Positions 12,686 to 26,470 of a DNA stretch of 64,000 nt are shown piece by piece (positions within the stretch are counted from its first letter, which is position 1; each line of letters starts with the position of its first letter). The notes beneath the pieces were generated by a model, which was not told the DNA's origin, searched no databases, and worked only from the letters and a program-made list of their open reading frames with translations. Source of the stretch: Prorocentrum cordatum (Eukaryota); assembly GCA_963575745.1 (NCBI GenBank), contig CAUYUJ010000047.1, positions 1 to 64,000 of the forward strand, given 5' to 3'. The position numbers were made by a program, and so were the translations under genes.

Positions 12686-14797
12686 CGCCCCCCCGACACT
12701 CGAGCCGTGCTCCTCCGCCGTACCCGACCGCGAGGAGGTGGCGCTGGTGCGCGTCACGCCGAGGGACGCGCCGCCGCCGCCCTCCATCCTCCTCCACCAT
12801 CCTCCCCCGTCCTCCGCCCCCTTCCTCCACCCTCCGCCTTCCACTGCTGCGCCTCCTCCCCCCCTCCCCCCCAAACAAAAAAACGTCGCCCTTCTCCTCC
12901 GCCCCCTCCTCCTCCTCCCCTCCTCCTCCTCCTCTCCTCCTCCCCTCCTCCTCCTCCTCTCCTCCTCCTCCGCCTCCTCCTCCCTCTCCTCCTCCTCCTC
13001 TTCCTCCTCCTCCTCCTCCTCCTCCTCCTCCTCCTCGCCCCGAGGGGGCCCCTCCCGTAGGGGGAGGGGTCGGGACCCTAGGGTCCTCCTGGCGCAGGCG
13101 GGGAGCGCCGGGCCCGAGGGGCGAAAAGCCCCCGCACTCCGGGGGACGCCGCCAAAGTGCGGTTTCCTTCCCCCGGGGGGGTCGCCAGGTCCCGTGGCCT
13201 CCCCCAGGGCGGTGCTGGTTCCCCCCAGCGTTCGCCGCCCTGGGGCGGGACCGGCGGCTCGTCTCTGTCGTGTCGTTCGTCCGTGTCGTGTCTTCGTGTC
13301 GCGTCGTTCGTTTCGTCCCCCTGTCGTGTCGCGTCGTGTCGTGTCGTGGCGGGCGCCGTGCGCCGCCCGCGCCGTGAGCGCCCCGCGGCCGGCCGCGCGC
13401 CCGCGCGAGGCCGCCCGCCGGCCGCGGTGGCGCGCGGCTTCTGCTGGCGCGGGTCTGTACTTCAGACTCGCGTTCCATCGCTCGGGAACCTCCTCCTCCT
13501 CCTCCTCCTCCTCCCTCCTCCTCCTCCTCCTCCTCCTCCTCCTCCTCCTCCTCCTAGCGCCAGCCCGGCCCGAGCCCGCGGGCTCTGCGAGCCCGCGCCA
13601 CGGGCGCCCCAGCGCCGCCCTCGCCCTCCTTTCGCGCCGCCCCTCCCCCCTCGCCGCGACGGCACGGAGCCGGTCCTGGCGCGGCGGCCTCGCGCGCTGG
13701 CCGAACCGGGCAGCCGCCGAGCGCAGGGGCGCAGTGCAGCCGCGCGGGCGAGGCGGGCTTCTGGGCGGCTGCTGCGAGCGTTCGCCGAAACGTCGAGCGC
13801 CACGCTGTGCTCTTCGCGCCGGGTGCTCGGGCGCCGAGCGGCGCCGAACTTCGGCGCCCTCGGGGCCCCTGCGGGGGAGGGCTGCCCTCGATGCGGTGGC
13901 GGCGGATGCGGCGCCGCCAGGGGAGCAGCCGGCCCCTGCTGCCGGCGTGGCCGCAGAGGCTCCGGGCGCGGAGGGCAGCGGCGTGCAGCAAGCCGGCCCC
14001 GTCAGCAGGAGGAGGAGGAGGAGGAGGAGGAGGAGGAGGAGGCGGAGGAGGCGGAGGGGGAGGAGGCGGCAGCCCGGCCGCTCTGCTTAGCGGCGGGGAT
14101 CGGGCCGAGATCGTTAAGGCGCGCCTCGTGCCAGCGCCGATCTTCCTGCCGAAGCCGTTTCCGTCGAGTATAGCCAGGACCCCAGGTAAGGGGACCCGGT
14201 GAGTAGTCGGGCCCTGGAGCCTTTCAATTGGCCAGAATCACTAAGCCAGATCTGCCGTAGCTAATGTTTTTCGGGTGACGGCAGTTCCGGTTAGTGGAAC
14301 GGGGCGGGGGGGACGTCCCCCAGTGCACATCCCTGAACCAGGTCCCACGGAACCCAGTTCTGCCCACGCCCGACTCTGCTCCTGGGGGCGCTGGAGCCGC
14401 CAGCGTCCAGGCAGACGTCGGATCGTTGCTGCAGGAGCTCGGGGCGGCGGCGACGGCAGAGGCCACCCCGAGCGGTGGCTTCCTCCCCCCCTCTCCCCCT
14501 TCCTTCCCCTTCCCCTTCCCCTTCGGATCTCTCTCCCCCTCCACTCCTGAGCTATCTCCCTACACGCCTTGCGCTCCGAGGCGTTCGATGCGTGGGGCCC
14601 CCCAACCTCTCGACCCCTCCCTCGGGCCCTTTGACTGTCCCAGAACCCGCCAAAACATGTCGGAGGAGGAGGGCCGGTTGAGGTAGCCGCGGCTCTCCCG
14701 CCCTCCCGGCCCACATCCTCGCAGAAGCGGGACCCCGATCCATCCCGGTGCCCATCCTCCGCCGCTGTTCTCGCCGGCGGTCGTCCTCACCCAACCC

Positions 14798-14961
14798 TCG
14801 GGAGGAAAAGAAACACACAGGCACCATGAATCCTCGATTCCCCAGAAAATATGGGAAAATATGGGAAGTTGGGGGGAAGCCAGAAACCCAGAACATATGG
14901 GAAAAGATGGGGCGTCTTTTTCTTTGTGTAGATTTATTTGTGTGTCCCGGGGCCCCTTCAG
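14798..14961 (+). mobile_element. MITE-like family B, copy 3
   Basis: Aligns end to end with 148-310; flanks ACCC/ACCC. Confidence 0.85.
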
Positions 14962-15167
14962 ACCCCTGACTCCGTTGCCTCGACTGCCCAGACCTCGCGT
15001 TGTCGCGACGTGTGCCACAGCGTGGCTCCCTGGAGGTCCAGACTTACTCCCCGGGACCAGGCGTTTCCTCCCGAGTCGTGTTGCGACGGCCCCAGGGCCC
15101 GGCGAGGGCTGCCCCTGGAGGCCGAGCAAGGCTCAAAACTTCGGGCGTTGCGCAAGGCTTGGCAGGG

Positions 15168-15330
15168 CTAGGACGAGGATAGATCGTCCCAGAGCGTTCT
15201 GGGACGCTCTCAATGTCTTAGAGCGCTCCTGGAACGCTCTCAGAAGGCCGCGGCGCCCGAGACACCCTCCAGAACCGTCAGATCGCAGAGATTCTCGATT
15301 TATCCTCGCCCGATGTTATCCTCGTCCTGG
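15168..15330. mobile_element. TIR repeat family I, copy 1
   Basis: CTAGGACGAGGATA...TATCCTCGTCCTGG; homologous to 16262-16415. Confidence 0.65.
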
Positions 15331-15886
15331 ATTCGTCTCTTCTTATTGGGGGGGGGCACTACGTGGGGGATAACGACGGTGCGCTCCTCGTCCCCCAAAG
15401 GGGCCCACTGAGGCCCAGGCGGGGCACGAGATGTGCGCGCTCGTCTCCCCTTTAAGTCGGGCCTGTCCCTCTACAGGAGGAATAGTTAAACAGAATCACA
15501 AATATTCTCGGGACGCTCTTTGTACTGTTTTTGATTATTTCGGTGTATGTTTGGATTCAACCCAGACATGATCGCGTCGTAAAAAAAAATCCGGACGAGA
15601 GTTTTTTGCTGTTTTCGGCTCCTGGGGGCCCTCGCTGGGCCTCGGGACCGCCAAAAAACGACTCAGGATGAAACACCGGTCTCCGGGAAAGGGTCGGGAC
15701 TTCCAGGGACGCCGTCCTGAAAAATTCCGGAAGTCGCATGTCTGGGAATGCAAACGGGGGTCAGCCAGAGCGCCAGATCTTGCAGGATCCTGCAGAGCCT
15801 GTGGTGCATTGACCCGCGCTGGCGCGCAGGATCCTGCAGGATCTCGCGGGATCCTGCAAAGCCCGACTGGCCCGGGTCTGAATTGA

Positions 15887-16134
15887 TCTCGGCTTCCTAG
15901 ATGGCGTCGGAGCAGACGGGGGTCGGAGGATCGCGCCGCATCCCCGATGCATCGGCGGTGCGGCTCGATGTGGAGCCCGTGCTTCCCCACGCCGACCTCG
16001 TCGATGCATCGCCGACGTCGCCGATGCACCGCCGATCCATCGCCGACACATCGGCGATGCATCCGGCGATGCATTGGCGATGCGGCGCGATCCTTCGACC
16101 CCATCTGCTCGGACCCCATCTGGGAGGCCCGAGA
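15887..16134. mobile_element. Foldback/MITE family H, copy 1
   Basis: Long inverted arms (..GGGGTCGGAGGATCGCGCCGCATC.. / ..GATGCGGCGCGATCCTTCGACCCC..) with internal CGATGCATCG palindromes. Confidence 0.75.
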
Positions 16135-16261
16135 GAGACGTGAGGACGCAGGGGACGAGAGACACCCGAGAGACGTGAGGACGTATAGACTCGGGCCAGC
16201 AGAGACGAGCAGGACGAGGGGGCCCGAGACCCAGGCCAGGACGTAGAGGACTAAGACAGGG

Positions 16262-16415
16262 CTAGGATCGGGATAAATCGCTGCAGAGCGTTCCGGAGCG
16301 CTCCCAGAGCGCTCTGGAACGCTCTGAGAGCGGCCGCGGCGCCCAATGCGTCCTCCGAACCCGCCGACTCTCCGAGATCTCGAGCTCTCCCGATCCGATG
16401 TTGTCCCGATCTTCG
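16262..16415. mobile_element. TIR repeat family I, copy 2
   Basis: Shares AGAGCGTTC..GAGCGCTC..GGAACGCTCT..GGCCGCGGCGCCC with 15168-15330. Confidence 0.65.
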
Positions 16416-16479
16416 CGTCGTTTTGAGGACGAGGGACCCGTGAGGCGAACTGACCCCGGGCCAGCATATCCCCCGAGAG

Positions 16480-16554
16480 GACGTGAGCGAGGTGCAGCGG
16501 CTGCGGCGCGAGAACGCCGAGCTCGCCGCCCAGTGCTCGCACGCCCGTGACCAG
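16480..16554 (+). CDS. Candidate internal exon of a host coiled-coil protein
   Basis: AG|G acceptor and AG|GC donor, 75 nt, phase 0, GC3-rich codons: DVSEVQRLRRENAELAAQCSHARDQ. Confidence 0.45.
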
Positions 16555-17950
16555 GCGGCCGCGCCGCGCTGGCCCTCGCCCCCTCGGGGGGCAGCGTGCA
16601 CGGTTTCCCCCGGGGCCGTGAGCGACCCGAGGAGGAGGAGGAGGAGGAGGAGGAGGAGGAGGAGGAGGAGGAGGAGGAGGAGGAGGGAGGAGGAGGAGCA
16701 GGAGGAGGAGGAGGAGGAGGAGAGAGGAGGAGGAGGAGGAGGAGGAGGAGGAGCATTAGGGAGGAGGGAGGAGGAGGAGGAGGAGGAGGAGGAGGAGGAG
16801 GAGCAGGGAGGAGGACGGGTCGCCTAAGCCCTTCGGAGAAACCCTCCCGGGCAGCGTCCCCAGACTTCCTCGGAGCAAGGCACAGAGGCCCGAGGAGAAA
16901 GGTTTTTCGCCGAGAGTTCGGCCCTCGGGGGCCCTGTATACCGGGCCCCAGGAGGCCGTCGACAAACGAAGGGGAACGTCCCCAGACTTCCTCGGGTTCG
17001 GGTGCGTCCCTCCACAGGAGAAGTATTTAAACAAACATCGAAATTAGCCTGGGGACGATTTCTTATTATTCATTGGCTTACGTCGCAGCGCCGACCCCTT
17101 GGGGCGGCAGCAAGAGTGAAAGACGAAGTTCGAGAAACGCACGCGATCGCTGGGCAATCTTGGGGTTTCGGCTTGTCTTACGTAGCGTGTGGGGTTCAGG
17201 GGGGAGCCTTCTAGGGGATTGGTTTGGAGTTTTTCGTGGTATTCTGTGGGTTTCTTGGGGCCTTCACGGGGCCTGTCCCAGGCCTCCTTTTCCAACCCCT
17301 GGATTGGCTCGGGGGTCGTTGAGACCCAGCTGAGGGTGCGTCCGGCCAGAAGTTCGAGAGTGGACCCTGCTGTGTCGACGAGGAGCTTCCAGAAGGCCCA
17401 AAGGGGCGGAGAGCGCCGAAGAAATAGGAGACTCATGCCTCGAGCCTCGATCCACCCCGTGGTCCTTCCTTTGCGAAGGGGTGGCGCCGGCCAGGGAGGT
17501 CGATCCACATGCCGGACCCTCGGTGGTGGTCCTGGGCACCGAAAACGGTTCTTGGAGGCTGAGTTCGAGGAGATGCCTCGGGTGGTCGAACGACCGCGAA
17601 AATATGTGAGACATCGGCGGCGACAACGAAATCATTGTTCTTTTTTTCCTCTTCCTCCTAGTCCTCCTCCTGTTCTTATTTTTCTTATTATTAATATGTT
17701 TCTTCTTCTTGTTCTTCTTATTATTCTCCTTCTCGATCGAGGTAGATGCCCGGGCACTTCTGGCCGCCTTCCCGGATATCTGTGTATGAGCAGCTTCTGT
17801 TTTTTTGATGGGTTTCGGTCTCCGGGGGCCGTCGCTGGGCCCCTGGGGACTTTCAGAGCCGGACGGGCCCGGGGCGAGAAATAACACCAGGGGACCCGGG
17901 GGAGAGGTTCGGGGAACGAATTTGTCGGGGGTGGACAGAACCCCCAACAG

Positions 17951-18038
17951 TGACACGTCGATTAGTGAATTGTCCGTTTTCGGTTCTCGAGAGGGCGCCG
18001 CGGCCGTTAATTTCCAGGCTTGCGCCCGCCAGATTTGG
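17951..18038 (+). repeat. Dispersed repeat J (second copy at 34608-34694)
   Basis: TGACACGTCGA..GTGAATTGTCCGTTTTCGGTTCTCGAGAGGGCGCCGCGGC..TCCAGGCTTGCGCCCGCCAG is shared by both loci. Confidence 0.8.
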
Positions 18039-18282
18039 TCCTCAGGTCGTTTTCACTAAACCACGTTTTACTAAAGGGAGGTCTGTCATCCCCGAATTTG
18101 TGCGAAGTAGCCCGTCGGCCTCGGGAGGTTTGTTGCGGTTGGGGAGGGTCCGGGCCCCTCCCCGGCCGCCGCGGCGGGATGCATTGGGGAAAACGATTGC
18201 GATTGGATCCCGGGAAGGGTCCGGGGGGCCCGTGGTGAACGATGTCTGCGTGGGTAAAAGAGAAGAGTCTCGCTGCAGAGTC

Positions 18283-18466
18283 TACTCCAGATTTCGTAAT
18301 AAAGGGAGGGGGGTCTCATTTCGGGGGGGGGTCTCTTCCAGGCCATCTTGGAGGGCCTGGGGGGGTCTGGGGACGATGTTTTGGAATGTTCTCCCACGGG
18401 GGGGGTCTGAAATGGCTTGTCTTGGAGGGTCCAGACCCCCTCCCTTTTATTACGAAATCTGGAGTA
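18283..18466. mobile_element. MITE family P (184 bp, ~34-bp near-perfect TIR, 4-bp TSD)
   Basis: TACTCCAGATTTCGTAATAAAGGGAGGGGG...CCCCCTCCCTTTTATTACGAAATCTGGAGTA, flanked by AGTC/AGTC. Confidence 0.85.
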
Positions 18467-18539
18467 AGTCTTTTCATTTTTGTTCGTTGTTTTCGTCGTC
18501 GAGGGGCCGCCCCCGGGTCCCGGGGTCGTTCGGGGGCAT

Positions 18540-20360
18540 TGCGGATCCCCGTCAGGGCCTCTTGGGTGCACTTGGGCGCCCTTTCATGTTTTCTCGGGGC
18601 GAAGTACTGGAATTCTCCATTCGGGTTTCCCTTCTTACCTTCCTCTTGGGGCCGTCCTGGGGCTTTCCCTGGTGGCTTCGGGGGCCCTCGTGGGGCCCGT
18701 TTGTGCCGCCTGGGAGCCTTCTCGGGGGCATGCGGGGGCTTGCGGGATGATTTGTGTTTTTTTCGGATGTTGTGAAACTCGGAAAACTCAAGAAGCGAAT
18801 GTGTTAAACTTAGAGGTCTCCCTTCGGGAAGGGGCCGAGGTTTGGATTTGCCGGGCCTCTTGGGACGCGTCTTGGTGGCGCGTTGGGGCGTCTAGGGAGC
18901 TTCAGGGGTCAGCTGGCGGCAATGGCGGGCGTCCGGGAGCGATCTCCTCACAAGTCGCAACTCGCTCTCTGGAGCCGTCGGGGGAGCCTTGCGGGACCCA
19001 TTTGGGGATTTTTGGGGGGCCGTTCTGGGGCCGTCCTGGGTCGGTTTGGTGGCTTCTGGAGCTTCTTGGCGCCCATGTGGGCTGAGTCGGAGTCCTTTTG
19101 GGAGGGTTTTCTGGGTCGTAGTGGGTCGATATGGAAGGTTTCTTGGGCTGTTGTGGGCCTCGTGAAAGCCGACGAGGCGAACGTGCTGGAAATGTATGTT
19201 GCCCATAGAATGTGAAACGCTCTTTGCTTTTGGAAAGCCTCTTGGGACGTCTCCAAGTGGTTGCTTGGGGCGTCGTGGGGGCCTGTAGGACCGCCGGGCG
19301 GCAATTTGGAGCGTCTTGGAGCGATCTCTCGACGACTTGTAGCCCTCGTGGGCCGTCCGGGAGGCATTTGGGGATGGGGGCCCTCTTGGCCCACTTCGGG
19401 GCCCTCTTGAGGCCGTCCTGCGGCTCTCCTGGGCCGTTGCGGTTGTTTCTGGGGCGTTCGCGGGGCCCTCGCTGGCCGTTTTGGAGCCTTCTTGGGGGCC
19501 TCTTGGATGATTTGGGGGCGCTTTTGGAGGCTGCTTGGGCCGTTGAGGGCCTCGTGAAAGGCCAAGAGGCGAGTGCGTTTAAAATATATGTTTTGTCCGT
19601 AGGGATGTGACGATTTTTGTTTCTGGAGGGCGTCTGTGTGGCTTCTTGGGGCGTCTTGGGGGCTTCTGGGGCCGTCTGGAGGCAATCCTCGGCGCTGTGG
19701 ACCCTCGTCGATTCGTAGCTCTCTTGGACCGTTCCGGGAGCCTTTTGGACCTTTTTGGCTCGTTTTGGGGCCCCTTCAGGTTCGAAGTGTGCGGCCGGCA
19801 CCTTCGAACCAGCCGACCCGGCTCCCGGGGGAGACGTCTGGGGAGGGGGAAGCATCTCACACGCCTTGGTCCCAGGGGGTCGGCAGACCTCGGGACCCGA
19901 GTCCAAGCGCAACCGCCTAGTGTGAACAACATTGCAACGCTTGGAGCTCAGGGCAGGAGCAGGATGAGGACGAGGGCATGGACGCAAACGTGTCCGAAGC
20001 TTCAAGGTTGCGAGGAGGAGGAGGAGGAGGAGGAGGAGGAGGAGGAGGAGGGTGGAGGAGGAGCTATGCTTATATCTCAGGGATGGTCTGTGCATGGGCG
20101 TGCAGAGGGCCTCCGGGCCCGTCCGGAGGCAATGTCGGGCCTATTGGAGCGATCTCTTCACGAGTCGTAGCCCATTGGGGCCGTCGGGGGAGCCCTTTGG
20201 GGCCGTCCTGGGGCCTCCTCGGTGGCTGCGGGGGCCCTCTTGGGGTCCTTTTGGTCCGTCTGGGAGCCCTCTTGGAGGCATATGGGGTTTCCTTGAATTG
20301 ATTTGGGGGCTTCTGGGGTTGCTGTGGACCTCGCGAAAGGCCAAGAAGCGAATGTGCTAA
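18540..20360. repeat. Degenerate GC-rich repeat region with ~390-bp recurrence
   Basis: A GTGAAAGGCCAAGAAGCGAATGTG-like motif near 18775, 19160, 19553 and 20333, amid many GGGCCGTC/CCTCTTGG variants. Confidence 0.6.
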
Positions 20361-20454
20361 ACCCGAAGGGAACGGCCTATATCCTTATCTAGGGGGGGTA
20401 AATCGTCCAGTGGGGCCCAGGCCACGCCGCTGGAGATGGGGATCGGTTAAACGA

Positions 20455-21100
20455 TACTCAAACTCGGGTTTGTCTTCCGGGATTCCGAACCCCGAGTGAC
20501 CCTAGACCCAAGCCGGAGAATTCGGGCGTCCAGAGCCCCAAATCATCAGGGGTAATTCGTGTCAGGGCTAACTCGGGTTTGTTTGTTCGGGATTCCGAAC
20601 CCCGAGTTACCCTGTACCCGAGTTACCCCGGACAAGTCGGGCGTCCAGAGCCCCAAACCATCAGGGGTAAGTCGTGTCAGGGCTAACTCGGGTTCGTTTT
20701 TCGGGATGCCGACCCCGAGTTTCACCCAGACCCGAGTTACCCCGGATAATTCGGGCGTCCAGAGCCCCAAATCACCAGGGGTAGCTCGGGTCAGGGCGCA
20801 CTCGGGTTCGCTTCTCGGGATTCCGAACCCGAGTTACCTCGGACCCGAGCAACGCCGGATAATTCGGGCGTCCAGAGCCCCGAATCATCAGGGGTAAGTC
20901 GTGTCAGGGCTAACTCGGGTTCGTTTTTCGGGATGCCGACCCCGAGTTAGCCCGGGGCCCGAGCTACCCCGGATCAGTCGGGCGTCCAGAGCCCCGAACC
21001 ATCAGGGGTAACTCGGGTCAGGGCGCACTCGGGTTCGCTTTTCGGGATGCCGAGCCCGAGCTACCCCCGATCCGAGCTACCCCGGATAACTCGGGCGCCC
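20455..21100. repeat. ~114-bp tandem repeat, about 6 units
   Basis: Anchor CGGGCGTCCAGAGCCCC at 20523, 20638, 20752, 20865 and 20979, with a variant at 21092. Confidence 0.92.
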
Positions 21101-21709
21101 AAGCATGGCAGGGGGCCACCCTCCCCCTCGGCGCCATAGGGCGCCGTGCACGGGCGCCCGCAGGCCGGGCAGCCCACGCCGTGGCCCCCCCCCCGGCCAC
21201 GGGGGAGGCACCTTCGCAGGCGGCATCGTGTATGGGCCGCGGGCGAGTGGTTAGACCCCCGTCCGCGTGGCCTGGCGCGGGGGGGGGCGCGACCCGCCAC
21301 GGCACGCGACGTCCGAAGAGCGCGAAGGAAGGAAGGGAAGGAAGAGAGCAAGCAAGCAAGGACGGACGGAAGCGAGGACGGGGAAGGGGAAATGGGGAGG
21401 GGAGGAGGAGGAGGAGGAGGAGGAGGAGGAGGAGGAGGAGGAGGAGGAGGAGGAGGAGTTGCCGGAGGAGGTGGAGGGGGGGAGTGGAGGAGGGGGTTGG
21501 GCAGGGACCGGGGGAGGGAAGGCGAGAGTGAAGGAGGAGGAGGAGGAGGACGAGGAGCAAGAGGAGGAAGATGTGGAGGCGTAGGAGATGGAGGAGAACT
21601 CTTCGACATGAGGCAGGAGAGACGACGTCTATCGCGTGTGCGCTAAAAGACCATTTCGAGCAGACGAGACGGATGAGGAGGGGGAGGGGAGATGGGAAGG
21701 AAACATAAG

Positions 21710-21743
21710 ATCATGATGATGAGGATGATAATGATGGTGGTGG

Positions 21744-21795
<52 letters not shown>

Positions 21796-22126
21796 GGCGA
21801 TGATGACGATGAGTCCGATGATGATGCTGATGATGATGATGATGACGTTGATGATGTTGCTGATGCCGATGATAACGATTGCGATGCCAATGGTGATGAT
21901 GCTGGTGATGGTGATGGTGATGGTAATGATGGTGGCGATGATGACGGTGATGATGGTGGTAAAGCTGATGGTGATATGATGATGATGGTGATAACGATGG
22001 TGGTAGTGATGACGACGATGATGAGGAGGAGGAAGATGATGAGGACGATGGTAATGATGAGGACGATGATGATGGTGATGGCGATGGTGGCGGTGATGGT
22101 GATGGTGATGGTGATGGTATTGTTGG

Positions 22127-22175
<49 letters not shown>

Positions 22176-22300
22176 GATGATAATGATGATGATGGTGACT
22201 GTGGTGGTCATGGTCATAGTCATGGCCATGAGCATGGTGCTGGTGCCGGTGCTTGTGATGGTGCTAGAGCTGCTGCTTGTAAACATGATGATGATGCTGA
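21710..22300. repeat. Degenerate (GAT)n microsatellite
   Basis: GAT/GGT triplets. Confidence 0.95.
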
Positions 22301-22677
22301 GGAGGAGGAGGAACAGCACGAGGGAGTAGCAGGAAGAGGAAGATAATGATGACGAGGAAAAGGAGGAGGAGGGAGGAAGACGAAGAGGAGGAATAAGGAT
22401 GAGGAGGAGGACGAGGAAAAGAAGAGGGAGGCAGAGATGGGGAGGGGGAGCAGGAAGAGGAGCAAGAGACGAGCGGCCTGGCGGCCCGAAGGGTGGCCAA
22501 ACGCCCGATCGACGGAGGGCATCTTGGATCTCGCGTGCTGGAGGGGGAGGCCCCTGCCGTCGGAAACTTAGTTCGGGTGTCGCACCGACGGTTCTGGCCC
22601 ACCACGCGTCGGCGCGACACACTATCCACTTCCAGCTCCTAAGCGCCAACGTCCCGAGCTTGTCACACCCTCCTCGC

Positions 22678-22750
22678 CCCGCGGAGCGGAGCGGCACGCT
22701 ATCCGCTCGCAGGGCACAGCGTGTCGCTGGGGCTGCAGCGGCGACACGCT
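22678..22750 (+). repeat. Dispersed double-hairpin repeat O (second copy at 48194-48266)
   Basis: CCCGCGGAGCGGAGCGGCACGCTATCCGCTC is identical in both copies and is followed by a TGTCGC...GCGACA stem. Confidence 0.7.
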
Positions 22751-23084
22751 GGGCTGACCATACAACTCCCCCGCCCCGACGACGGCGGTGGCAAGGACGA
22801 CGGGCGGCGGCGCCGGCGGCAGGCGACGGGGCTGCAGAGGGCGAATCAGGAGCTGCAGGAGCGGAGGGAGCTGCAGGACTGCCAGAGCCAGGTCGTCCTT
22901 TTGCGCTGCTCGGGCTTAGGCCGGCTGGTCGCAGCACCCAGGCGCAGCGGATTAGAAAATTGTTAGCGAGACAGCCGACTCGGCTGCCAGCAAGTGCGGG
23001 AAGCAAAACGTCGAAGGTTCACAGGCCCGCCCCCCCCCACCCCCCCAGATAGGATGGGCCCCAGGGTTCACAGGCCCCCCCTCT

Positions 23085-23104
23085 TACTACAATTACTGCT
23101 ACCA

Positions 23105-23149
<45 letters not shown>

Positions 23150-23199
23150 TTACTACTACTACTACTACCACTACCACTACTACGACTACTACTACTACG

Positions 23200-23282
<83 letters not shown>

Positions 23283-23303
23283 ACTATACTACTACTACTA
23301 CTC

Positions 23304-23391
<88 letters not shown>

Positions 23392-23482
23392 ACTACTACT
23401 ACTACTACGCTACTACTACTACTACTACTACTACTACGACTACTACTACTACTACTACTAGTACTACTACTACTACTACTAT

Positions 23483-23518
<36 letters not shown>

Positions 23519-23607
23519 ATTACTACGGCGTCTACTATCACTGTTGCTACTACGGTCACTGCTTCTACTATTACTACTACTACTACCACCACTACTACTA
23601 CTACTAT

Positions 23608-23640
<33 letters not shown>

Positions 23641-23673
23641 CACTACTACTACTACCTCTGCTACCACGACGAT

Positions 23674-23761
<88 letters not shown>

Positions 23762-23801
23762 ACGACTACTACTATCACTGCTGCTACTACTATCACTGCT
23801 G

Positions 23802-23838
<37 letters not shown>

Positions 23839-23846
23839 AGCTACCC

Positions 23847-23877
<31 letters not shown>

Positions 23878-24282
23878 GACGACGATTACTTTTGCCACAC
23901 CGCACTCGCTTCTGTACCCCTGGGTGGGTGTGTGTGCGGCCGTTTTTGCGCGGGTATGTGTGCGCATGTGCGCAGAATGTGCCACGTATGTGCCCCGCAT
24001 GTGCGGGCGCTTTCGGATGAATGTCCTACCATGTATTACTATTACTATTATTAATTATATTACTACTACTACGACCACTACTACGACCACTACTACTACC
24101 ACTACTACTACTACTAATATGAATACGACTACTATCTACTACTACTCTTACTACTACTACTACTGCTGCTACTACTACTACGCCTACTACTACTACTACT
24201 ACTACTACTATTGCTACTACTATCACTACGACTACTATTACTACTACGACGACTACTACCACCACTACCACTACTACCACTA

Positions 24283-24348
<66 letters not shown>

Positions 24349-24594
24349 ACGACTACGTTTTTTTCTACTACTACTACTACTACCACGACTACTACTACGA
24401 CTACTTCTACTATTACGACGACTATTACTACTAGAACAACTACTAGTAGTGCGACGACAACTACTCACACTACTACGACTATTACGACGACTACTACTAC
24501 AGCTACTACTACTACTTTCTTACCCGTGCAACTACTACGATCACTATGTCTACTACGAGTACTACGACTACGACTACTACTCCTACCAGAATTG

Positions 24595-24625
<31 letters not shown>

Positions 24626-24633
24626 CTCTACTG

Positions 24634-24673
<40 letters not shown>

Positions 24674-24709
24674 AAGTATTACTACTACCACCTACTACTA
24701 CTAGTACTG

Positions 24710-24749
<40 letters not shown>

Positions 24750-25092
24750 CACTACTACTACTATTATTAGTATTTGGACCACCACTGGTACGGCTACGAC
24801 TGCGATTACTACGGCCACTACTACTATCACTACTACTGCTATTACCACTCCTACCAGTACTACTACCACGGGTACCATTACTACTACTACTACTACTACT
24901 GCTACTACTACTACTATTACTACTACTACTACTACTCCTACTACTACCACTACTACTGCTAATATTACTACTACGACTACTACCATTGCTTTTGTTATTA
25001 CTACTACTACGACTACGGCTACTACGACCATTCCTACTACAATTATTACTTCTATTATTTGTGTATTACTATTGCTACGCATAGAAATCCTA

Positions 25093-25141
<49 letters not shown>

Positions 25142-25269
25142 GACTACTACTACTACTACTACTATTACTACGAGCACAGCTACTAATAGCACTAGTATTG
25201 TTACTACTACAATTACTACTACTGTGGCTACTCCTGCGATTTGCCTTACAATTTGCCACGACTACTCAG

Positions 25270-25307
<38 letters not shown>

Positions 25308-25394
25308 CACGATTACTACTACTACTACTAATACTACTAGTACTACTACTACTACTACTAGTAATACTAGTAGTACTACCAATACTACAACTGC

Positions 25395-25430
<36 letters not shown>

Positions 25431-25431
25431 G

Positions 25432-25469
<38 letters not shown>

Positions 25470-25835
25470 GACTATTACTGCTACCACTGCTACGACTACT
25501 ACACTACTACTAGTAGTACTGCCGCTACTACGATTACGGGTACTCCGACTACAATTGCTACTAGTATTATTACGACCACTTTCACCAGTAGTACTACTGC
25601 TACGGCTATAACTACTTACCACTAGGGCTACACTGGTATCCCTACAACGTACTTACTACACGGGCTACCACTACTAGGGCTACAATGGTATCCCTACTAC
25701 TATAACTACTTACTACAAGGGCTACGACTGCACGGATGAAACTACTACTCCGTTTACCATTACTTCTACGACTACTATTATTACTACTACTATTACTACT
25801 ACTAATACTACTACTATTACTACTTCTACTACTTT

Positions 25836-25873
<38 letters not shown>

Positions 25874-26028
25874 GTAGTACTACTACTACCACTCCTGCGA
25901 TTACCCCTACTACTGCTACCACTGCTAACAATACGACCATTGTTACTACGAGTACTATGAACAAGACTAAGGCGACGACTGCTACTACTGCTTGTACTAC
26001 TACCACCGACATACTACTTCTATCACTA

Positions 26029-26075
<47 letters not shown>

Positions 26076-26281
26076 GCTACCATTACTACTACGATTACTC
26101 CTACAGCTATTGCCACGACTACTAACACTATTATTGATACTGCCATTGCTGTTACCACTGCTACTACGACCACTACTGCTACTACTACTTCTACTAATAC
26201 TACTACTACTACGTCTACTATTACTACTACTACGACTACTACTACGACTAGTACTACGATTACTACTGATACTACTACTGA

Positions 26282-26363
<82 letters not shown>

Positions 26364-26370
26364 GGTACTT

Positions 26371-26412
<42 letters not shown>

Positions 26413-26433
26413 TTACTACTACTGACAACACTA

Positions 26434-26470
<37 letters not shown>

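Noticed and set aside
11643..14090. 815-aa ORF and similar long ORFs (poly-I, -T, -L, -S, -E, -G, -P) across the window
   Set aside because: They are stop-free frames of trinucleotide microsatellites or GC-rich repeats with no domain motifs.
18283..18466. Stowaway/Tc1-mariner assignment from TA-CTCC...GGAG-TA ends
   Set aside because: A perfect AGTC duplication lies outside the TA, so the TA is more simply part of the TIR. Superfamily left open.
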